64,000 nt of DNA from Lama glama. Its lineage: Eukaryota. Positions 53,663-64,000 of this stretch are shown here, piece after piece; position 1 is the first letter of the stretch, and each line of letters opens with the position of its first letter. The position numbers were made by a program, and so were the translations under genes. The stretch spans positions 54,066,001 to 54,130,000 of the forward strand of contig CM052817.1 in NCBI GenBank assembly GCA_028534125.1, in the 5' to 3' direction. Under the pieces are notes generated by a model. The model saw nothing but the letters and a program-made list of their open reading frames with translations. It had not been told where the DNA came from and made no database searches.

Positions 53663-55532
53663 GACTAGCACATCCACAGCACTGATCAAAGAAATGTTAC
53701 GAAGACTAACATAAACAGAAATTGGCTGTAACATTATTTCTAAAGTTTGATGTTGAGTCAGCATTTTGACAGGACAGTCTCACAACAGACATTGAATTTC
53801 TGAAATATGTGTTTCTATTGTTTCTAAAATAAGTATACATGCTTATCTATCATTCTGAAATTAGTTTGCTGTTTAAACGTGAAGTCCTTTTTAGTACCAA
53901 GATTCTATTTTAATGGAAAAAGACATTTTGATTAGTATATATAGTATTTTAAGTAATAAAATCATTGAACAATAAAAATGTTCCAGTTTGGGAATCCAGT
54001 TTCATGATTTTAATCAGTTTAAATAGAAACTAGATGTTTTGTGTTTGCTTTTTTATAAAAGGTTCTTGAAATCAGAATTTGTCAGAATGTTTTACAGTAA
54101 ATTTTTGAGCATAAGCCAAGAGACAATTTGTTTCTTAACTTTGGTATAGCCATTTTAAAGAAAATCCCATTGAACTTGCTTCCAAACATTGAGATGATCT
54201 TGCTATATTTTGTTAACCTAACCAATTAAGTTAATTGTTTAAAACTAGTAGGTTTAACAAAAAAACAAATAAGCAAATCATACAGTCAAAGCATTTGTTT
54301 GACTAAGTGGACAATTTGGTTGATTAAACACATCAGTCAATTTTGTCAAAACATGTGTACACAGATTTAGCTTTAATCTGGGTCTTAACTGCCAAAAATA
54401 TGATTTAGAACCAGTTACCAGACAATTGCAAGGTCAACTAAAATATGGAGTCCCAAATTTCTCACATATCTCTTCAACCCCTTAAGAATTATTCAAAAGT
54501 TATGGATATGGAAATTTTTACAGAATACCAGGGTTGATTTGTGATGCTCTCTTCCATTTAATATATAATTGCATTTGTAACAGTAACTCAGTGATAAATT
54601 GCATTCCTAAATGATGGATGCTCTCTTTTAAAGGAATGTGTTACTGGAAATTACTGTATAACATTATCTAATTAGCTACTTAAACTACCTTTAATTATAT
54701 TGCAAAATGCTTTAATCAACAACCAACATTCAATGAAAAAATATGCTTAAGGTAAATGGTCTTTGTTTTGTTTACTATTCAGTTATCGTGCTAACAATGG
54801 AGAGACTTTGGTTACTAGAGAAAAAGATTAAGATATGGAAAATGTCAACAATTCAAATTCAGGTTAGTCAATGAAATCTATTGTATTCTGTAGCAGGGTA
54901 ATATTGCACAGGGCACTGTGAAGTGACTATGGAAAAATAATATGGGACTTGAGCTCCTTCCCACTTTTATCCCATGAGTTATTAATCTTCTGTAACAAGG
55001 AACAGAATGTCACCTATTGGGTGTCTGATATACATTGGCTCAATAAATTGGAAAAGCTTTAGATGTGGAATCTGGTAGACTTCTGGTAAGATGTTGTACT
55101 TTGGAACTACCCATTGACCATGGGACTATGGAGACACAAATGAAATTGAGCTTCTCTGCTAAAGATGGCCAGAAACTCAGGATGTGTCCAAGTTCCATGT
55201 CAAACACATGCCTAACTAAAAGCGCTCCTGACCCAGGATTAAATAACAAGAGAAATAGCTCCCTGTTTATGATTCAGTATAAATCACTCCGATTCATTCT
55301 TCGTTTTCTGAGACATCAGCCATTATATTGCTGAAACCTCTTGTTTTTTTAAGTCTTTCCTCGGGCTTTCCTACTGTAATCCTGCTTGGTGACAACTGAC
55401 TCAAAATGCTATAAATTCTTGGTGAATTGTGAGTTATGCTAACTAAAGAGACTAACCTAAAGATGGAGGGGTGAGGATGGAGACAGGAGGCTAAAAGCTA
55501 GAGACCAAACAGGAAAATGATTACTCCTGCAG

Positions 55533-57197
55533 GATAAAGTTGCAGGATACAAAATTAATATACAGAAAAATCTATCACATTTCTGTACACTAACAGTGAG
55601 GTATCAGAAAGAGAAACTAAGGAAACAATCTCTTTTACCATCATATCAAAAAGGATAAAATACCTAAACAGACAAAATACCTATACTCCAAAAACTGTAA
55701 GACACTGATGAAAGAAACTGAAGACCACACAAACAGATAGAAAGATATAATGTGTTCTTAGACTGGAAGAATCAGTATTGTTAAAATGACCATACTACTG
55801 AAGGCAATCTACAGATTCAAAGAAATCCTTATCAAAATATCAACGACATTTTTCACAGAACTAGAACAAATAATTTTAAAATTTGTATAGAAACACAAAA
55901 TATCCCAAATGGTCTCTAGAAACAAGAACAGAGCTGGAAGAATCACTCTCCCTGACTTCAGACTATATTAAAAGCTACAGTAATCAAAAAAGTATGGCAA
56001 TGGCACGAAAACAGACATAGAGGTCAATGGAACAGGATAGAGAGCCCAGAAATAAACCCATGCCCTTTGGCCAATTAATCTATGACAAAGGAGGCAAGAA
56101 TACACAATAGAGAAATACAGTCTTTTCAATAAGTGATGCCAGGAAACCTGTACAGCTACAGGCAAAGAATGAAATTAGAACATTCTCTAACTCTGTGTAC
56201 AAAAATAAACTCAAAATGGATTAAAGATCTAAATGTAAGACAGGATACTCTAAAACTCCTAGAGGGAAAAAATAGGCAGAACACTCATCGACAAAAATAG
56301 CAGCAATTATCTTTTTGGATCCATCTCCTAAGTGAAATAAAAAAAAAGGGCAGAACTAAATAGACTTTTTTTCTAAAAAGGAAGTGAAGATGGCCAACAG
56401 GCACGTAAAAAGATGCTCAACATTGCTAATCAACAGGGAAATGCAAATAAAAACTCCAGTGAGGTATCATTTCACACCTATCAGAATGGCTATCATTAAA
56501 ATAACAAACGTTGGCGAGGATGTGAAGAAAAGGGAATCTTCCTACACTCGGTGGAAATGTAAATTGGTACAGCCACTGTGGAAAACATTATGGAGGTTTC
56601 TCAGAAAACTAAAAATAGAACTACCATGTAACAGAGCAATTTCACTCCTGGATATATATCCAAAAACCTCCAAAGCACTAAATTTGAAAAAATACATGCA
56701 CCCCAATGTTCATAGCAGCATTATGTACATTTGCCAAGATATGGAAGCAACCTAAGTGCCCATCAACAGACAAAGGGATAAAGAAGATGTGATATATATA
56801 ATGGAATATTACTCAGTCATAAAAAAGAACAAATGTTGCCATTTGCAGCAACATGGATGGGTCTGAAGAGCATTATGCTAAGTGAAATAAGTCGCACAGA
56901 GAAAGACAAATACTGCATGATACCACAAATATGCAAAATCTAAAAAGTACAAGAAATGATTGAAACAAAAAAAATCAGACTCACAGATACAGATAACAAA
57001 TTAGTGGTTACCAGTGAGGCAGAGAAGGGGCAGTACAGTGCGGGGGAGTGGGAGGTACAAACTACTGCATGTAAGGTAGGCTTCAAGGATGTATTGTACA
57101 ACATGGGAAATATAGTCAATATTTTGTAATAACCATAACCAGAGTGTAACCTTTAAAATTATATTAAAAAAATTTAAATGTAAGGCAAAAAAAAAAT
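55533..57197 (+). mobile_element. 5'-truncated L1 (post-RT ORF2 region to A-rich tail) with internal deletions; antisense to ADGRL3
   Basis: Starts aaagttgcaggatacaaaattaatatacagaaa; ORF remnant MANRHVKRCSTLLINREMQIKTPVRYHFTPIRMAII...; 3' UTR and A tail present. Possible TSD attactcctg/attcctcctg. Confidence 0.93.
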
Positions 57198-57619
57198 TCC
57201 TCCTGGATTCCAAGGAACAGAGGTCAGAGACTTGCTAGGATAACCCTAGGACATTAGAAGGGAGTATGCAAAAAGGAAGTGCTATCTGAGACATAGGATT
57301 CTAGGATAAAGTATATAAATAAGTATAAGTGAAAGATTCAACACTGATTAGGAGGCAAGCAGCCAGCTAGTTGGTTGACGGAATTAACCCAGTGTAATTA
57401 AGTTTTTAAACACGTTGAATTTAAGGTGTCAGGATAATACTCAGAAATGTTCAGTCCTCATTTGCACTCATGAGTCTAGAACTCAGGCTAAAACCATGGT
57501 AATAAACATGAAGTAGCTCAAGGAGTGCCTATAGAGTGGAAGAGAATGAATGCAGAAGTTGGAATATCAGCGGACACTGAAGAAATGAAGAGCATATTAC
57601 TTAATCACTGGACATATAT

Positions 57620-58040
57620 AATTTTACAATGTGTTTACAATCCTTTGATAGTTCTCCAATATTATCCCCTTTCTCCCTGAATAGTGGGCTTTACTAAGTG
57701 ACTCACTTCTAATGGACATAGCCTAGTAGAAATGAGAGTGTATTATTTATTTCCAAGAGCAGTTTATTAACAAGCAGCCCATGGAGAAGTTCAGAAAAGG
57801 AACTAAGAACTCTGCTGACAGCCAGAATGAACTGGCAAGGAGGAGAGTGAGGCATCTTGGAGGCTGACCGTCCAGCTACCAGAAAGTCTTCCTTTGGGTA
57901 ACTACAACCTTAGGAGAAACCTTGACTCAGAATCAACAAGCTAAACTACTCCCAGATTGCTAACCTAAAGAATCCATAGAGGGTAAAGAAGTATTTGTTT
58001 AAAGCTACTAAGTTTTGGGCTATATATTACCAATACAGTG
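57620..58040 (+). mobile_element. Old MaLR LTR (MLT1E/F-like)
   Basis: ccctgaatagtgggctttactaagtgactcacttctaatgg...cagccagaatgaactggc...aagctaaactactcccagattgctaacc...aagctactaagttttggg. Confidence 0.7.
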
Positions 58041-59640
58041 CAGAATTAAGTCTGAAAAATGTTTAAAGAGTGGACATTGAAACTGTTAGATGATACTTAA
58101 GAATCACCAAATCAGTAAAAGAGAAACATTATGAATGGACCCACACTGATAGTCTAATATCATCATCCTCTTGCTTAAACATTATTTAGGCCATTAGTTT
58201 TTTTTCTTAATATATTTTAATCTTACTTTATTATTTAATCATATATTTCATACATTATATATAATATAAAAATACTCAGTTTTCAGCACTATAAATAGAT
58301 TACCAGTAGGTACTAAAAACATTATTTTCTCCTATCTACCAATGATCATAAGAAGGAAAAAAGGCTCTTTTGAAAACTTTAAAATGAAAAAGGAAACAGA
58401 TCTGGTTCCTTATGAAGAAGTAAATTAAAATATTTCTAAGTCAAGGCTAATGATTTTAAAGGAGTTTCTTAATTATAGAGAAGGACACTTACATATCTGG
58501 AAGTGGGTTTTTATCTACAATAAATTATCAGCAATACCTTTTAAAAATACTTCATAACTTAAATGCTGCCAAAAAGAAAATATTCCCAATTTTAAGTTTC
58601 AGCGGAGCCTATGACATGATATTTTTAAATGTATATATTTTTCTGTGCCTTTTTACATGCCAACACTTATCCATCTTTTAAAATATGTGCCCCAAAAATC
58701 TAGTCTGAAATACTTAAAAGCAAAAATAACACTGGAAACCCAATGAAATATCAATCTATCATCTACTTTCTTTAAAAGTACATCTACTACGAGTTAAGCA
58801 TCTAATAAACTGAATTACAGCAAGTCTATTTCAACAAAGAATATATATAATTTAAGTATCTTAGTATTTAATTAAGTGTAACACAGTGACAATTAAAATT
58901 AACACCCTGGAGGAATAACCAAAGGCAATTATGTTCTGAGGTCAAAAAGAAAAGCGTGAAATTTAGAATTACCAAAATTACAGCGGAAAAAATGTTCTAA
59001 TGAGTGGACTATCATAAAACAATTAATATAAAGCTATTCCTTTTGACTTATGAAGCTTTGGCATGAGGGTAACATTAATCACACTTTTTGAGGATACATA
59101 TACAAAGTGGTGACCTTTAAATTGTCCACGTGGAGATTGCCTAAAAACATAGCAAGTGTATGAATAAATGAATTCATATCTACTTGTTATAAGTTTTCAA
59201 CATTTAATAAAATTACATTCCACACTGTCCTCCAATTATATTCATAAGGGATAAAATTTCTAAAACTGTGTCAAGTTTCACATACCGCAATTATCCCAGG
59301 CTTTTTCTAAATGTCAGAAACTCCAAACTGGCTGTTCAAAATGTTCTAAGAGTAAAAATTATAATTTCAAGACAAACAAGAATTCAGTAAAAAGAATTAT
59401 ACAATTCAAAAGAAATTTTAAGGGATATGGCAATTTAATTTCTAAATGCATATTTATCAGCTACAACGTGGCTGCTGGGAGTTATTAAACATAAGACATG
59501 GTTGTTGTTTAAATTCCCTTTCCACTTTGGGATTATCTTAGACCTAGGAGTTATTCTATACAGAATGGGATTCCAAGAGTGTGGCAGAAGGAGCTTCAGA
59601 GGTATCACACAAAATCAAGAAAATGATAAACATTCATGTG

Positions 59641-60271
59641 TGTGATGTTTAATTTTGTGTATCAATGTGACTGGGCTAAGAAACACCTGGGTAGCTGGTA
59701 AAACATTATTTCTGAGTATGTCCCTGAGAGTGTCTCTGGAAAAGATTAGCAAAGATTATTAGCATTTGATTCTTTCTGTAAGACTAACAAAGAGCACCCT
59801 CACCAATTTAGGAGGGCTGCTGAAGGCCTGAATACAAGAAAAAGGCAGAGGAAGTATAAATTTTCTTTCTGCCTAAGCTGGGATATTTATTTTCTGCCCT
59901 CTGACATTGTGCTCCTGGTTCTCAGGCCTTTGGACTTTTACCAGTGGCTTTCTGAACTCCAATGGGGACATACACCATAGGCTCCCTGAGTTTTCAGGTT
60001 TTTGAGTTTGGACTGGAACATCACTTGTTTCCTGTGCCTCCAACTTGCAGATAGCAAATCATGGGAATTTTCAGCCTCTATAATTGTGTGAGTCAGTCTC
60101 TCATATTAAATATTTTTATATTAATCTCTCACTCACTTCAATATAAATATATATATATATATCTACATATAGATAATATAGATAATTGTGATATGGAAAC
60201 ATGGCACAGTTTTAGAAATTTCATTCCTTGTGAACCAAACTGGAAAACAATCTGGAGAACCCTGACTAACA
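59641..60271 (+). mobile_element. ERVL solo LTR (MLT2B-like)
   Basis: Starts TGTGATGTTTAATTTTGTGTATCAATGTGACTGGGC, ends TCTGGAGAACCCTGACTAACA; perfect TSD ATGTG at 59636-59640 and 60272-60276. Confidence 0.9.
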
Positions 60272-60688
60272 ATGTGAGTGTGGCAAAAATCCCAAAAGCC
60301 AAAAGACAGTATCCATGATTCCTAAAACCAAAGGTTATAGAATAACGACGGTAAGATCAGATGGGTGAAAGTTCCTGACAGGGGAGGGCAGACGGGCAGA
60401 TGATCCAGAGCAAAAGTACTGAGACTCTTCCTAAGTCTCTCCATGTCACTCTAAAAGCTTACAGTCGCAGAGAGATCGCACACACCTATGCAAAGCTTAA
60501 CCATCATGAAGTACGATGAAAGTGTAAAACAGATGAAAAAGTAATGAAGCTACACGTTTCAGTGCTCAAGAAAGATTTTTGAAGGAAGCAAACTTGAGAT
60601 AGCCTTAAAAGATGAAATACTATGTGAACATGGGCAAAAAGATAATAACTATTCCAGGAAGAAATTCTGAGTAAAGAAAGTTATATTC

Positions 60689-60846
60689 AGTATCTTGAGT
60701 GAGGATCCTGAAGAATTATCTGTACCCTCGTGTTCATTACAGTATTGTTCTTAATAGCCAAGATATGGAAAGAACCTAAGTGTCCATCGAGGGATGAATG
60801 GATAGAGCAGATACACACACACACACACACACATACACACACACAC

Positions 60847-60881
<35 letters not shown>

Positions 60882-61395
60882 GAGGAATATTATTTAGCCA
60901 TGTGAAAGAAGGAATTCTTGCCATTTGTAACAACAGTGATGAACCTTGAGGACATTATGCTAAGTCATGTAAGTCAGACAAAGAAAGACAAATACTGTAT
61001 GATATCACTTTATATGGAATCTAAAATAGTCAAACTCATAGAAACAGAGATTAGAATAGTGGTTGCTGGGGGTTGGGGGATAAGGGAAATGGGGAGATGT
61101 TGGTCAAAAGGTATAAATGTCTAGTAGTTATACACTTAATAAGTTCTGGAGATCTAATATATAGCATGGTAATTACAGTCAACCAAACTGTATTATATAC
61201 TTGAAAGGTGCTACAAGAGTTGACCTTAAATGTTCTCACCACAAAAATAAATGGCAATTATCTGAGGTGATGAAGGTGTTAACTAACTCTACTGTAGTAA
61301 TCATTTCACAACATATATGTGTATCAAATCAACATGTTATACACCTTAAAATATACAATATTACACATCAATTATCTCAATAAACATGGGGGGGA
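60689..61395 (+). mobile_element. Older L1 (L1MA/MB-like) 3' end
   Basis: atagccaagatatggaaagaacctaagtgtccatc...aagttctggagatctaatatatagcatgg...caattatctcaataaa. Confidence 0.88.
60813..60881. repeat. Interrupted (AC)n microsatellite, about 69 bp, inside the L1
   Basis: Read directly from sequence. Confidence 0.95.
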
Positions 61396-64000
61396 AAAGA
61401 TATATTCCCAAGAGATGCAGGAGTACAAAGACAGAATTAAATAGTAGTGAAATCAAAAGAGCCTTAAAATCAGATTGAGAATATAGCCCAAATTATACAG
61501 GGCAATGGAAGATTACAGCATAATGGAATAACATAATAATAATATTAATGAAATTAATCTTCACAAGCTTAAAATATATTATTCAGATTGGAGTGAAAGA
61601 TAACAGAGTCTAGGAATTAATGAGAAAAATATTGCAGTAATATGATGATGGTAATTGCTTATACACATCTAGTGCTTTAAAATATCATTTCAGTTTTTAA
61701 AAAGTATCATTGTATTTCAAACTCCAAACTATAAATCTTGTTAATATTATCACCCCCGTTTAGTATACCAAGAAACTATGGCTTAGCTCAAAGTGGTAAT
61801 GCTGGGAGGCATGAACCAGAAAGTCATATAGGTGAGAAAAAAGAAGCAATGACTCTCCTTGTGTGTCACACAGGGAGAACAAAGGAAGGGGGGTTCTGTC
61901 AGGATATACATAAGGCAATATGAAAATATCACACTAATTATCAATAATATAAAGCCTATGGGTTGCCATTCCTTTGGTGAAATGAAGTCTAATTTCTGAA
62001 TAAGAAATGAAAGTTAAATATTCCATTTACTGTGTCTGACAGGGGATTTTCTTTTAAATAGCACAAACCATAATAGCATACTATTATTAGTTTGAGAATT
62101 TTAAGATTTATTTCCTAACATTTTAATACACTTTAATATTATATCAGAAAAACTAATACGAAAACTTCCTTTGTGTGAAAATCTACTGCAGTAAGATGGA
62201 AAGTCAAGACTTTAATTTGAAAATGTGGCATTAATTTTCAAATGCTGTCATTATACTTTATTGCAGTATATAAATATATAGTTTTCTTTATTGCAAATCA
62301 CTGAATTTAAGGTTTATGTTACTCTTGTCATACAACAGAGAAAATCTGTAGTCATAGGGATTTTAACAAGAGATATACAAGAAATCTAGAGGATAAATAT
62401 AAGTGTTGAATAAACAGTAATGACACAGGTTAAGACTAAACAATACTTAATTTTGAAGGGAAGGAATTCTTAAACAGTGAATAAACTCTCTACTGCACTG
62501 AATATACTATTGAGAAGTACACCAGCAGCACTCGCATCCTTTCCCTCCTCCCACTTCCCAAACACACTCTACTCGTTGGAAAGGATAAAGAGCTTTCAGT
62601 GGCTTACAAATTTTTGTTTTGTTTTATCCTTAAGGAAAGCAATGTTAAGACTCTGTCTAATTCAGCAGCATAAATCTTCTGCAGAAAAGACCTTGTAATA
62701 ACCTCTCTGGTAATCTTCAATGTTGAAAAACATATACAACAGTGTTTATAAATCCTTTATGCATAAGCTTTACAACAGCTTTCATATATATAAACTCGCC
62801 CAGTGTTGAACATTAGTGTCTGAGTAATGCACCTGAGATTAGAAAAATAAATCTAACCATAAAGAGCCAGACAAATCCACACTGATATGATTTCTAGCCA
62901 ACGTTTCCTATTACCTATTTATAGCAGCTAAAAGTTAACATTCATCCCACTAGAATGTATTTGTTAGGAATAAGTTTGCAAATTGATGGTGCTGCTTGCA
63001 AAATGAAATGCTTCTTCTTTATTTTATTCCTGGTGGATAAAATAATTAGCAATGTTTATTATTATTGTTATTAGCAATGTTTTCAAACAAATACATTTTC
63101 ATCAAGAAACTGACTAAACACTAAATACTGAACATAAGTCCTGACTTTAAATACAGTTAATTTCCATTTAGTGATATCAGTAAATGAGGAATGTATTAGC
63201 CAACCAAATCCCTCAGCCTATGAAAAGTTTAGATGTTTGCCAAATTTGCCAAACATAAACTGTAGGATAGGAAGACTAGCCAGACAGTTTTTTTGTTTTG
63301 TTTTTGTAAATACTTAATGACAAATTTTTCTCCAAAGCATGAAAAAAAACTATCAGAATGTGAAATAAGCTAGCCAAAATGAAACCATAAATTCTAGACA
63401 AAACAAACAAAAAAACAAGAACACACTGGATAATTCTGGACACTAATGAAGATCTTTTGACTGAAAGTGAAATATGCTGGGCTGGTTCAGAAGTGAACCC
63501 TCAACTCTTCCAAGCTTTGAAGCAAAGCCACCAGAAAAATTCTGAATAGATTTTTCTCTTCTCTAACAAAAATAAAAGCAACAAAAATATTCTGAAAAAG
63601 AGAAAAGCATCTCACACACTTAAGTTTCAAAAGCCATATGAATTGAATTCAAAAACTAAATTTTTAAAAATCACAGGAAATGGATGAAAAAGGTTATATT
63701 CAGGATTATTTGTGTAAGTGGAAAACATGTCATGAAATGACAGAGGGCATGTATAGCACTCTACTATATTTGTTCAAATCAACCACAAAATATACCATTG
63801 AGGTTAGTAAAATTTTCCCACCTACAAAAAAATTTAACAGAATACATTTATATAATACATTTTCAGGGCCACACAGCAAGTTTCTTGAAAGAGATTATAC
63901 TCAAAGTTCTAAACATCTACATCAATGTTTCTTCAAATCATTAAACAAATAAGTTGTGAAATAAAAACGAATTTTCAAAGTGATGGTTGAGAAATACATA

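Larger units (their letters stand above)
51555..64000 (-). other. ADGRL3: ADGRL3 intron upstream of the lectin exon; continues beyond the window end
   Basis: Ends at the AG acceptor at 51555. The signal-peptide exon (MWPSQLL...) was not seen in the window. Confidence 0.85.

Noticed and set aside
56384..56755. 123-aa ORF as a host gene (likewise 19027-19269 and 43060-43347)
   Set aside because: Degenerate L1 ORF2 C-terminal fragments.

Overview
AT-rich mammalian genomic DNA, very likely camelid, judged from two tRNA-derived Vic-1-type SINEs (subfamily names throughout are from recalled consensus, not a database run). The window lies inside the adhesion GPCR gene ADGRL3 (latrophilin-3/LPHN3) on the minus strand. 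Only one coding exon is certain: 214 bp at 51341-51554 (phase 1 to phase 2), encoding the N-terminal part of the rhamnose-binding-lectin (RBL/SUEL) domain. About 12 kb is the preceding intron and about 51 kb the following intron. The introns are filled with L1 fragments, L2, MIR, MaLR/ERVL solo LTRs, Tigger/hAT MITEs and microsatellites; the other listed ORFs look like chance or repeat-derived frames. I see no convincing new multi-gene system. The best leads are a candidate in-frame 117-nt cassette exon 3.6 kb upstream of the lectin exon, an unusual TSD-flanked and internally deleted mini-L1, a possible internal promoter/first exon near 36.6-36.9 kb, and a hairpin cluster at 54.2-54.35 kb.
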